Shown piece by piece: positions 13,210 to 35,213 of a stretch of 64,000 nt of DNA (position 1 is the first letter of the stretch; every line of letters begins with the position of its first letter). The notes below the pieces were generated by a model, which did no database searches, had not been told where the DNA came from, and saw only the letters and a program-made list of their open reading frames with translations. Both the position numbers and the translations under genes were made by a program. Source of the DNA: Macrostomum lignano (lineage: Eukaryota); the NCBI GenBank assembly GCA_002269645.1, contig NIVC01000031.1, forward strand, positions 372,001-436,000. The letters are read 5' to 3'.

Positions 13210-14010
13210 CTTTGACGATGTGACACTTTGAGGATGTGACACTTTGAGAATGTGACACTTTGAGGATGTGACACTTTGAGAATGTGACACTTTGAGAATG
13301 TGACACTTTGAGAATGGGACACTTTGAGGATGTGACAATTTGAGGATGTGACACTTTGAGAATGTGACACTTTGAGGATGGGACACTTTGAGGATGTGAC
13401 ACTTTGAGGATGTGACACTTTAAGGATGCGACACTTTCAGGATGTGACACTTTCAGGATGTGACACTGAGGATGTGACACTTTAAGGATGCGACGCTTTG
13501 AATATTTGATACTAAGATGTAGCACTTTGAGGATGTGGCACTTTGAGGATGTGGAATTTTGAGGATGTGGCACTTTGAGGATGTGGCACTTTGAGGATGT
13601 GGCACTTTGAGGATGTGGCACTTTGAGGATGTAGCACTTTGAGGATGTGGCACTTTGAGGATGTGAGCCTTTGAGAATGTGAGCCTTTGAGGATGTGACA
13701 CTTTAAGGATGTGACACTTTGAGAACGTGACACTTTAAGAATGTCACACTTTAAGAATGTGGCACTTTCAGGATGTGACACTTTAAGGATGTGACACTGA
13801 GAATGTGACGCTTTGAAAACTTGATACCGAGGATTTGACACTTTGAGGATGTGATACTGAGGATATGACACTTTGAGGATGTGGCACTTTGAGGATGTGA
13901 CACTTTGAGGATGTGATACTGAAGATGTGACACTTTAGGGATGTGGCACTTTGAGGATATGGCACTTTGAGGATGTGACATTTTGAGGACGTCACACTTT
14001 GAGGATGTTA
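13210..14010. repeat. 16-bp minisatellite (gaggatgtgacacttt)
   Basis: Directly visible tandem units with point variants. Confidence 0.95.
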
Positions 14011-14242
14011 CAGTACGAATGTAGTTGAAAAGGTGAAATCTGTTGCACTCTGAGAAGCCTACAATTTGAGGAATTAGCATTTCGAACCATAAATTATTTT
14101 TTACTAACATAAGTGAGCGACATCTTACCTCTTTTAGTTTTTATTTTCTCTCGCCATAATTTTTGTACTCTAGACTCGAACAGCAGAGCTTTTGTTAGCC
14201 TTCGCGTCAGAGTAAAGCTCGCGCAGTTGCATTTCCTCATGC

Positions 14243-14335
14243 TCATTGGCTGATGGAGGTCTGACGGATTGGCTGCACGTGGTTCCGTTGGCGGCCTGTT
14301 CCCGATTGTTCCTGCCAACCTGACGACTTCCGCCT
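14243..14335. promoter_or_regulatory. Promoter-like cluster (two inverted CCAAT, CACGTG, ETS-like ACTTCCG)
   Basis: attgg at 14245 and 14268; cacgtg at 14276; acttccg at 14326, in a locally GC-richer patch. Confidence 0.3.
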
Positions 14336-16215
14336 GTCGGATGAGAAAAAAATCCATCTTCTAGTGCTAATAAATGTAGGAGAAATTATGTCTGTAATTC
14401 GTAACCTATAAGGGGTATCAGTTCACTGGGAATGCCTCTGCTTTATCTGCAACACTTCTGTTCCTTTGACTGATTTTATCCGTAACACTCGAGTTTCTGG
14501 TTACAAAACATCCTTGGCAAGGAATGTCTTCATCAATTTTATGGTACTCGTAAATTGGTACGAGCTAGGTTTGTGTTGCTTTTGGCGCTGCAGGCAAAAG
14601 CAGACTCGTAATTTAAAACAAAATTTCAACCCCTAAGCAACCCGGAACAGGCATACATGCTCATATAAGGTGTACATGAAAAGGCAAGACGAAACACAAC
14701 ACTCTAAGTTCAGCTTTAAGTGAAGTGGTTTTTAAGTGTGTTTGGTGTACATCCGTGATCCATTAAATATTTTTTTCGTATGAATCTGTCAATTGGCACA
14801 ACGACAGTGCTTTACATTTTCGTTGGTGGTGAGCTGTACTAAAATTGGAATCAATTTTAATCTATCACGATTAGAGACTTTCGCAGCCGTGGTACAATAA
14901 CCAGTTATTTCTAAGAGGTATTGATAGAAATCAATCCGTTTAAAAACGTAAGGTATTTATATTTATACATAAACGCTCGCTATGCAGTCACTAGATACGG
15001 GTTCATTAACGCTCCGTGAATTCACAATCAACGATATAGGCATGCTTTTAAGACTCTCCCTGGCTCCCCTGAATGCATTCTGCAGTTAGCGACTGATGAG
15101 AGTCCCACGCGCCTTGCAGCTATTTAATAAATCGTTTCAATTCTGCAAGACTACTTGCAGTTGAAATTTCAGAGGGGTATTGAACATTTTTAGCGATCCA
15201 ATTTCTACTGCTGCAATTGTTTTTTTAAAGGCACATCCGTTTAAGTGCGACAATAGCAATTGGATTCGATGAATGAGAAGGCTCGCTCTATTTTTTTAAG
15301 ACAGCTAGCTCGTACGCATTGCTAACCATTTAAACTAGAAGCTTTTTACTGTTTATGACAGTCGGGTGAGAAGCCACGCCCGTGTACAGCATTTTCCAGC
15401 CTAGTTAAACGCCCCCGCAGTGACACAGACGTTGCGACCATCGATAAATGAAAAATTAAAAGCTTTGTCTCTTTTGCACAGCTGAATCAAATCAATGGTA
15501 TAACGTTATACTCCCCATTATCTATAGTCTCTCTCGGAGCTAAAGGACTTGAAATATAACCGTGAGATTACGTTGGATAGGTCTGGAGCACAGAATACCA
15601 CATATAATGCTTAATCAGCCACCCTGAAAAAAAATCTCAATGCGAAATTATTCTCGTTTTGTGCTACTCTTCCTGTGAAGTTGTGGGAAAGTAGTAGGGA
15701 GAAGAATCACCATAGACGATAGACGATAGAAGAGTAGCATATATGGTGTTTTAATTCGATACGTATTCTACTAGTCGAATGAGCATTCTGTGGTATTCTG
15801 TGTTCTGGAGTGGACAGATGCCTGCAGTGTATGCAGAGAACAGAATAACGAAGACGAATCAAGAAGGGTTGAAAGACATTAATTAACAGGCAACGAAAAT
15901 TCTGAGAGCGTAACGATTCACTGTTTCTTGCTGCAATGCTAGGCGCCCATGGTTATAGATTCCTCGCACGCAATTTAGATTAGCCTGGGGACTGTGTAGT
16001 TTTCGAAAATAAGGGCCAACGCGGCCAAATGTCGCAAATTGTCACCAAGTGCCTTGTCGGTTCAACCGAACTCTTGCGACGCCAGGATAGCCTCAAAGTT
16101 GATGTACGTTTACGCACAGGCTTAGAGGTACGTTTATTGTTGTTTTTGTTGTTGTTTTACATGAATTCCTGACGTTCTGGACGCATGAATTGCGGCACTA
16201 CTAACCAGCTCCCTA

Positions 16216-24146
<7,931 letters not shown>

Positions 24147-24993
24147 GCCTGCTTGGGCCAACGAGTCAGGACCTGTAGAGCATGGGAAGAGAGTGAACTG
24201 GAGTGGTTGTATGGGATAAAAAGCAGTGAGGATAAGACGAAAACGGGGTTTTTATAACCAATTTTCAGCAGCCAATAGGAAAGCGTCATGGAACTGTTTT
24301 TTCAGCGAACTGGATCACAAAGATGGGAAAACTATAGACATCCTATAGCCAATCCGTCTGCATTTTCATGTGTTGGTTAACATGTGGTTGGTAAGCAAAA
24401 CTCCAGCCAAAATTAGAATATTTATTATCTTTGTTCAACTTGTACTGTAGATGAATCTCAAACAAAGAACAAAACTGCTTCACTTTTGACGAGAATATCT
24501 TGCACTAAAACTGCTGAAACTAGTCATGAAGGTAAATTTTTTGACAAAACATGCAGTCAAGTTAGAATGAGCAAAGTGGCTTGGGAAACAGGAAAAACAA
24601 ATCAATACATGTATATTGAACTTACTCGCTGACAGGTGGACTTCAGACTTCGATTCACTTCGCGAAATCGTTGAGAAAAACTTTAGAACCACTTCAAAAA
24701 AGGCAAAAAAGCAGAAAATTCCAGACAGAGAGAGTCCTCCCGAGCACTCAGGAGGGGCACGCATACAATTTCGAAGTGGGCAATACTCCACGCAACAGAT
24801 TGCCTTAAGCGTTTGCTTAGTTTTAAAACAGAATGGACAGAGACTTAAAATAGAAAATGGGTTTTACAAAGAGCTTCATTCTTCATTGACTCTCTCGTCG
24901 GCTCAAAATCGTATGGATAGATAGATATGAAATAAAAAGGATGCAAACTGGTGTGAGATCCACTGTTATGAGTACACGTCATATCAATAACTC

Positions 24994-25024
<31 letters not shown>

Positions 25025-25032
<8 letters not shown>

Positions 25033-28000
25033 TAGATAGCGAGAAAGAGCGAGCGAAGCGAGCTCTTTCGAGCTTGCTTGCCGCAGCCAATCAAGCTGAA
25101 AGCACGCACACAAGATCACCGGAAACGATTAAGGCAGCTGGAAAGCCAATGGGCGCGGTAAGCGCTTTTATCCAGAGGAACTACCTGCTGGAACCAGCCA
25201 TGCCGAACGAAAATCAGACTACTCAAGTAGTGCAAAAGAGTACGTGCAACTACCGAGAAATCTAATTTTCGTAACCGCTCCGGTGCAGGTCCTGGCTATA
25301 GATAGTAGATAGCGAGAAAGAGCGAGCGAAGCGAGCTCTTTCGAGCTTGCTTGCCGCAGCCAATCAAGCTGAAAGCACGCACACAAGATCACCGGAAACG
25401 ATTAAGGCAGCTGGAAAGCCAATGGGCGCGGTAAGCGCTTTTATCCAGAGGAACTACCTGCTGGAACCAGCCATGCCGAACGAAAATCAGACTACTCAAG
25501 TAGTGCAAAAGAGTACGTGCAACTACCGAGAAATCTAATTTTCGTAACCGCTCCGGTGCAGGTCCTGGCTATAGATAGTAGATAGCGAGAAAGAGCGAGC
25601 GAAGCGAGCTCTTTCGAGCTTGCTTGCCGCAGCCAATCAAGCTGAAAGCACGCACACAAGATCACCGGAAACGATTAAGGCAGCTGGAAAGCCAATGGGC
25701 GCGGTAAGCGCTTTTATCCAGAGGAACTACCTGCTGGAACCAGCCATGCCGAACGAAAATCAGACTACTCAAGTAGTGCAAAAGAGTACGTGCAACTACC
25801 GAGAAATCTAATTTTCGTAACCGCTCCGGTGCAGGTCCTGGCTATAGATAGTAGATAGCGAGAAAGAGCGAGCGAAGCGAGCTCTTTCGAGCTTGCTTGC
25901 CGCAGCCAATCAAGCTGAAAGCACGCACACAAGATCACCGGAAACGATTAAGGCAGCTGGAAAGCCAATGGGCGCGGTAAGCGCTTTTATCCAGAGGAAC
26001 TACCTGCTGGAACCAGCCATGCCGAACGAAAATCAGACTACTCAAGTAGTGCAAAAGAGTACGTGCAACTACCGAGAAATCTAATTTTCGTAACCGCTCC
26101 GGTGCAGGTCCTGGCTATAGATAGTAGATAGCGAGAAAGAGCGAGCGAAGCGAGCTCTTTCGAGCTTGCTTGCCGCAGCCAATCAAGCTGAAAGCACGCA
26201 CACAAGATCACCGGAAACGATTAAGGCAGCTGGAAAGCCAATGGGCGCGGTAAGCGCTTTTATCCAGAGGAACTACCTGCTGGAACCAGCCATGCCGAAC
26301 GAAAATCAGACTACTCAAGTAGTGCAAAAGAGTACGTGCAACTACCGAGAAATCTAATTTTCGTAACCGCTCCGGTGCAGGTCCTGGCTATAGATAGTAG
26401 ATAGCGAGAAAGAGCGAGCGAAGCGAGCTCTTTCGAGCTTGCTTGCCGCAGCCAATCAAGCTGAAAGCACGCACACAAGATCACCGGAAACGATTAAGGC
26501 AGCTGGAAAGCCAATGGGCGCGGTAAGCGCTTTTATCCAGAGGAACTACCTGCTGGAACCAGCCATGCCGAACGAAAATCAGACTACTCAAGTAGTGCAA
26601 AAGAGTACGTGCAACTACCGAGAAATCTAATTTTCGTAACCGCTCCGGTGCAGGTCCTGGCTATAGATAGTAGATAGCGAGAAAGAGCGAGCGAAGCGAG
26701 CTCTTTCGAGCTTGCTTGCCGCAGCCAATCAAGCTGAAAGCACGCACACAAGATCACCGGAAACGATTAAGGCAGCTGGAAAGCCAATGGGCGCGGTAAG
26801 CGCTTTTATCCAGAGGAACTACCTGCTGGAACCAGCCATGCCGAACGAAAATCAGACTACTCAAGTAGTGCAAAAGAGTACGTGCAACTACCGAGAAATC
26901 TAATTTTCGTAACCGCTCCGGTGCAGGTCCTGGCTATAGATAGTAGATAGCGAGAAAGAGCGAGCGAAGCGAGCTCTTTCGAGCTTGCTTGCCGCAGCCA
27001 ATCAAGCTGAAAGCACGCACACAAGATCACCGGAAACGATTAAGGCAGCTGGAAAGCCAATGGGCGCGGTAAGCGCTTTTATCCAGAGGAACTACCTGCT
27101 GGAACCAGCCATGCCGAACGAAAATCAGACTACTCAAGTAGTGCAAAAGAGTACGTGCAACTACCGAGAAATCTAATTTTCGTAACCGCTCCGGTGCAGG
27201 TCCTGGCTATAGATAGTAGATAGCGAGAAAGAGCGAGCGAAGCGAGCTCTTTCGAGCTTGCTTGCCGCAGCCAATCAAGCTGAAAGCACGCACACAAGAT
27301 CACCGGAAACGATTAAGGCAGCTGGAAAGCCAATGGGCGCGGTAAGCGCTTTTATCCAGAGGAACTACCTGCTGGAACCAGCCATGCCGAACGAAAATCA
27401 GACTACTCAAGTAGTGCAAAAGAGTACGTGCAACTACCGAGAAATCTAATTTTCGTAACCGCTCCGGTGCAGGTCCTGGCTATAGATAGTAGATAGCGAG
27501 AAAGAGCGAGCGAAGCGAGCTCTTTCGAGCTTGCTTGCCGCAGCCAATCAAGCTGAAAGCACGCACACAAGATCACCGGAAACGATTAAGGCAGCTGGAA
27601 AGCCAATGGGCGCGGTAAGCGCTTTTATCCAGAGGAACTACCTGCTGGAACCAGCCATGCCGAACGAAAATCAGACTACTCAAGTAGTGCAAAAGAGTAC
27701 GTGCAACTACCGAGAAATCTAATTTTCGTAACCGCTCCGGTGCAGGTCCTGGCTATAGATAGTAGATAGCGAGAAAGAGCGAGCGAAGCGAGCTCTTTCG
27801 AGCTTGCTTGCCGCAGCCAATCAAGCTGAAAGCACGCACACAAGATCACCGGAAACGATTAAGGCAGCTGGAAAGCCAATGGGCGCGGTAAGCGCTTTTA
27901 TCCAGAGGAACTACCTGCTGGAACCAGCCATGCCGAACGAAAATCAGACTACTCAAGTAGTGCAAAAGAGTACGTGCAACTACCGAGAAATCTAATTTTC

Positions 28001-28439
28001 GTAACCGCTCCGGTGCAGGTCCTGGCTATAGATAGTAGATAGCGAGAAAGAGCGAGCGAAGCGAGCTCTTTCGAGCTTGCTTGCCGCAGCCAATCAAGCT
28101 GAAAGCACGCACACAAGATCACCGGAAACGATTAAGGCAGCTGGAAAGCCAATGGGCGCGGTAAGCGCTTTTATCCAGAGGAACTACCTGCTGGAACCAG
28201 CCATGCCGAACGAAAATCAGACTACTCAAGTAGTGCAAAAGAGTACGTGCAACTACCGAGAAATCTAATTTTCGTAACCGCTCCGGTGCAGGTCCTGGCT
28301 ATAGATAGTAGATAGCGAGAAAGAGCGAGCGAAGCGAGCTCTTTCGAGCTTGCTTGCCGCAGCCAATCAAGCTGAAAGCACGCACACAAGATCACCGGAA
28401 ACGATTAAGGCAGCTGGAAAGCCAATGGGCGCGGTAAGC
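25025..28439. repeat. Tandem array of 12 full and one partial (139 bp) apparently identical 273-bp units
   Basis: Identical 63-aa ORFs spaced exactly 273 bp (25074...28077); I saw no unit differences by eye; flanked by a duplicated segment at 24961 and 28461. Confidence 0.98.
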
Positions 28440-28493
28440 TGTTATACTCACTGTTGTACTCACTGTTATGAGTACACGTCATATCAATAACTC

Positions 28494-29716
<1,223 letters not shown>

Positions 29717-30401
29717 ACTATAGCTAAACAATATGTTGAGCATTAAGGTTCCATTCGCGGTGCAAAATATGTTAACCAGTTAAAACAGTTGTGCCAGACA
29801 AATGAATTTCCTTCAAATATTTGTCTTAGATGTGACGCTATCAGTGGTAGCCTAAAAGGAATAAATAAGAAATGAACTACAGGTGCTTTTACAGCGCCAG
29901 ATCAGCTAATCTAATCTGGTCTTGTCACAGAACCTGTCAATTCCTCATCGGAGCCTTAGCCAGAAAAAAACTGCAAGATTGATTTTCGACAGTGCAACCC
30001 AAGCTCAAAGTGTGCTCTGTCTGCAGATTAAATCGAATTTAAGTAAATTTTTGGGCCGAACAGCGCAAAACCTATGCAATATGTCGAAAAATTGACTAAC
30101 TAAGGCTTATGAGAAACTTAAGAATGATTGCCCAACCATGTGTGTTGAAAGAGAAAGCTCAAGCCTACTGCCTGCCTGTTGAAGGTTTCTATTAAAAGTT
30201 CGTCTATTGATTGAAGTCGCTTTATAGCTTGGGCAGACTGGCAGACCCAAAGAGCTGCCATTAAAAACTGTTTGCATTGAAAGTTTTCTTACCTTAAAGT
30301 GGCTGCCTGGCTTGATTGCTCTCTCTGTGTGGCTACTGTGTCTGACTTAGTAAAGAAAATGGGCAATAAAATTCGTTACTTTCTACTTGTTCAAGTAGAC
30401 T

Positions 30402-33400
30402 GAAGCTGAATATTCTGCCTATCTGAAGCTGAGTATTCTACCGATCTGAAGCTGAATATTCTGTCAATCTGAAGTTGAATATTCTGTCAATCTGAAGCTG
30501 AATATTCTGCCTATCTGAAGCTGAATATTCTACCGATCTGAAGCTGAATATTCTGTCAATCTGAAGTTGAATATTCTGTCAATCTGATGCTGAATATTCT
30601 GTCAATCTGAAGTTGAATATTCTGTCAATCTGATGCTGAATATTCTGTAAATCTGAAGTTGAATATTCTGTCAATCTGAAGTTGAATATTCTGTCAATCT
30701 GATGCTGAATATTCTGTCAATCTGAAGTTGAATATTCTGTCAATCTGAAGCTGAATATTCTGCCTATCTGAAGCTGAATATTCTGTCAATCTGAAGCTGA
30801 ATATTCTGTCAATCTGAAGCTGAATATTCTGTCAATCTGAAGCTGAATATTCTGTCAATCTGAAGCTGAATATTCTGTCAATCTGAAGCTGAATATTCTG
30901 TCAATCTGAAGTTGAATATTCTGTCAATCTGAAGCTGAATATTCTGCCTATCTGAAGCTGAATATTCTACCGATCTGAAGCTGAATATTCTGTCAATCTG
31001 AAGTTGAATATTCTGTCAATCTGATGCTGAATATTCTGTCAATCTGAAGTTGAATATTCTGTCAATCTGATGCTGAATATTCTGTCAATCTGAAGCTGAA
31101 TATTCTGTCAATCTGAAGCTGAAAATTCTGTCAATCTGAAGCTGAATATTCTGCCTATCTGAAGCTGAATATTCTGTCAATCTGAAGCTGAATATTCTGT
31201 CAATCTGAAGCTGAATATTCTGTCAATCTGAAGCTGAATATTCTGTCAATCTGAAGCTGAATATTCTGTCAATCTGAAGCTGAATATTCTGTCAATCTGA
31301 AGTTGAATATTCTGTCAATCTGAAGCTGAATATTCTGCCTATCTGAAGCTGAATATTCTACCGATCTGAAGCTGAATATTCTGTCAATCTGAAGTTGAAT
31401 ATTCTGTCAATCTGATGCTGAATATTCTGTCAATCTGAAGTTGAATATTCTGTCAATCTGATGCTGAATATTCTGTCAATCTGAAGCTGAATATTCTGTC
31501 AATCTGAAGTTGAAAATTCTGTCAATCTGAAGCTGAATATTCTGCCTATCTGAAGCTGAATATTCTGTCAATCTGAAGCTGAATATTCTGCCTATCTGAA
31601 GCTGAATATTCTGTCAATCTGAAGCTGAATATTCTGTCAATCTGAAGCTGAATATTCTGTCAATCTGAAGCTGAATATTCTGTCAATCTGAAGCTGAATA
31701 TTCTGTCAATCTGAAGCTGAATATTCTGTCAATCTGAAGCTGAATATTCTGTCAATCTGAAGCTGAATATTCTGTCAATCTGAAGCTGAATTTTCTGTCA
31801 ATCTGAAGCTGAATATTCTGTCAATTTGAAGCTGAATATTCTGTCAATCTGAAGCTGAATATTCTGTCTATCTGAAGCTGAATATTCTGTCAATATGAAG
31901 CTGAATATTCTGCCATTCTGAAGCTGAATATTCTGTCAATCTGAAGCTGAATATTCTGCCTATCTGAAGCTGAATATTCTACCTATCTGAAGCTGAATAT
32001 TCTACCTATCTGAAGCTGAATATTCTACCGATCTGAAGCTGATTATTCTACCGATCTGAAGCTGATTATTCTACCGATCTGAAGCTGATTATTCTACCAA
32101 TCTGAAGCTGAATATTCTACCAATCTGAAGCTGATTATTCTACCAATCTGAAGCTGATTATTCTACCGTTCTGAAGCTGAATATTCTGCCCATCTGAAGC
32201 TGAATATTCTGCCTATCTGAAGCTGATTATTCTACCGATCTGAAGCTGAATATTCTACCGATCTGAAGCTGAATATTCTACCGTTCTGAAGCTGATTATT
32301 CTACCAATCTGAAGCTGAATATTCTGCAGATCTGAAGCTGAATATTCTGAAGCTGAATATTCTGCCGATCTGAAGCTGAATATTCTGTCAATCTGAAGCT
32401 GAATATTCTGCCGATCTGAAGCTGAATATTCTGCCAATCTGAAGCTGAATATTCTGCCTATCTGAAGCTGAATAGTCTGCCAATCTGATGCTGAATATTC
32501 TGTCAATCTGAAGTTGAATATTCTGTCAATCTGAAGTTGAATATTCTGTCAATCTGAAGTTGAATATTCTGTCAATCTGAAGCTGAATATTCTGTCAATC
32601 TGAAGCTGAATTTTCTGTCAATCTGAAGCTGAATATTCTGTCAATCTGAAGCTGAATATTCTGCCGATCTGAAGCTGAATATTCTGCCAATCTGAAGCTG
32701 AATATTCTGCCTATCTGAAGCTGAATAGTCTGCCAATCTGATGCTGAATATTCTGTCAATCTGAAGCTGAATATTCTGTCAATCTGAAGCTGAATATTCT
32801 GCCAATCTGAAGCTGAATATTCTGCCAATCTGAAGTTGAATATTCTGTCAATCTGAAGCTGAATATTCTGTCAATCTGAAGCTGAATATTCTGCCAATCT
32901 GAAGCTGAATATTCTGCCAATCTGAAGCTGAATATTCTGCCGATCTGAAGCTGAATATTCTGTCGATCTGAAGCTGAATATTCTGTCAATCTGAAGCTGA
33001 ATATTCTGCCAATATGAAGCTGAATATTCTGCCATTCTGAAGCTGAATATTCTGCCAATCTGAAGCTGAATATTTTGCCTATCTGAAGCTGAATATTCTA
33101 CCTATCTGAAGCTGAATATTCTGCCAATCTGAAGCTGAATATTCTACCTATCTGAAGCTGAATTTTCTGCCTACCTGAAGCTGAATATTCTGCCTATTTG
33201 AAGCTGAATATTCTGAAGCTGAATATTCTGCCGATCTGAAGCTGAATATTCTGAAGCTGAATATCCTGCCAATCTGAAGCTGAATATTCTGTCGATCTGA
33301 AGCTGAATATTCCGCCTATCTGAAGCTGAATATTCAGCCAATCTGAAGCTGAATATTCTGCCTATCTGAAGCTGAATATTCCACTTATCTGAAGCTGAAT

Positions 33401-33700
33401 ATTCTACCTATCTGAAGCTGAATATTCCGCCTATCTGAAGCTGAATATTCAGCCAATCTGAAGCTGAATATTCTACCTATCTGAAGCTGAATATTCCGCC
33501 TATCTGAAGCTGAATATTCAGCCAATCTGAAGCTGAATATTCTACCTATCTGAAGCTGAATATTCCACTTATCTGAAGCTGAATATTCTACCAATCTGAA
33601 GCTGAGTATTTTACCGATCTGAAGCTGAGTATTTTACCGATCTGAAGCTGAGTATTTTACCAATCTGAAGCTGAGTATTTTACCAATCTGATGCTGAATA
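30402..33700. repeat. 23-bp satellite (tctgaagctgaatattctgtcaa), ~140 copies, palindromic gaatattc core
   Basis: Direct; variant blocks visible. Confidence 0.97.
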
Positions 33701-33906
33701 CTTTCGCATAATGGACTCTAAAATAATTAATTCTATCTGAACATTTCCTAAAGAAGTTGATAAACAGAATGACTGGTGTAATTAAATCGCAAAATATTTA
33801 TTTGTTGTTCAAGCAATCTGAATAATCTTTTTTTTATTAAAACTGATAGCAAATTCTAACAAAAATTCTGAATATTTATTCAATTTCTAAAATTCAAATA
33901 AGTATA

Positions 33907-35213
33907 TCACTTGTCAACTGCCAGAAGTTTACTGACATCTGTATGGTTTAGTAGCTGAGGTGTGTCGCAGGTTAGGGCTGATGCAACAGTTTCAGAAATT
34001 GGGTCGCTTAGCTGGTGCAGCAGACCCACTGCGACCCGAAGACCATGGCATACCAGTCGATATCTCCAGTAAGCATTTGTAGCATGCCAGAAATGATTTG
34101 CGGCCTCCCGTAGACTCACTGCCAATGCTGGGCTGAAATACAGAGTTGGTTGATCGAATGTGTGTCCGGGAAGTTCGGACATTTCTTTAATCCGAGGAGC
34201 AAAAATGGAAACAGCTACAAACTAAACTTGGATATGCAACCGACAGCTCAGCCGCAGCTATTGCGCGGCGCTTCAGAAGACTGCGTACGGCTGTTCAGTC
34301 CAAGGACTGGGAGGTCCCAACACACACCCTCAATTACCCCAGCTAATGCTGGCACCCATTTTACAGCTGTGTGAACTGAAGCAATGCAGAGTCGAGTGTC
34401 TTGCTCAAGGACACAAATTGTTTCGACTTGGTCGAGAATCGAACCCCCGACCTTTCAGTGTCGTGAGTTCGACGCTCTAACCACTAAAGGCTACGATATA
34501 GAATTATAAAAGCTTTAAAAGCTGCTGGATTACCCCCTCGTACTATAGTACAAGTCTGAACGTCAGTTGAAACAATAGACTGCGATCTCTCAAGGTTAGT
34601 CGTAGCTATTTTAACTGCTAAAATCGATTGATCAGTTCGCTGAGAAAGGCGCCGTGTACTGTGAGTGTGCATGTACATTCCACTATAATTGGATAAAACC
34701 CCAATTTTAAGCTGGGTCGTGAATTGTATTAATTCTGTCTGTCATCCCCTAAACAAAAACCCAGCGCAAAACCCAAATAGATGCTGCAGCGTGATCACTG
34801 ATCTTACCAACTTTTATTTTGTCCTTTGAGAAACAGTTTAGAGGCCAAGAATTCAGCCAATAGAGCTCTGGACGCCAGTTTTACAAAGATTTGATCTTTA
34901 GTATTCAAGTTGTTAGTAGACCGTGTCGTGGGGGCTGCAGGTTTGCAATAGGTCTGCAGGTTTGTAAACTTTGGCATGACGGTGAAAGCTTCTCCGAGTT
35001 CATATGCAGCATCCTCCAGATATTTTTCAGTCATGCCGATCATATATCTTGCATCGCTCTTTCGGCAGATTGCTCGTGTCGAATAGTTGTTGAACTTGGA
35101 GTTCGATCTGACAAACTCGGTATTAGTCCAGTACCATTTCACAAATTGGACCAGCTGCGGCAGCTGCTGACTGGGTTCCGGCGGTTGCTGAGACAGCAAA
35201 ATTGTTGCTAGGG
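33907..35213 (-). CDS. Orphan spliced gene, last two exons (35213-34808 and 34132-33907); 5' exon(s) not resolved
   Basis: Acceptor ccttgcag, donor TG|gtaag (phase 2) and acceptor tatttcag|C (phase 2) join two open frames (148-aa and 91-aa ORFs in the track); a SINE lies in the intron. Confidence 0.5.
34272..34495 (-). mobile_element. tRNA-derived SINE, copy 1
   Basis: Minus strand: A-box-like TAGCCCTTTAGTGG, B-box GGTTCGATTC, central gtgtccttgagcaagacact...cagctgtaaaatgggt; homologous to 41570-41792. Confidence 0.8.

Noticed and set aside
25074-28268. Twelve identical 63-aa ORFs as a tandem gene cluster
   Set aside because: TTG start, no recognisable domain or splice signals; better explained as a by-product of the 273-bp repeat
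25025-28439. 273-bp array as CRISPR, spliced-leader RNA, 5S or snRNA tandem genes
   Set aside because: No unique spacers and no cas genes; no leader ending in ATG|GT with an Sm site; no 5S or U-snRNA hallmark sequence seen
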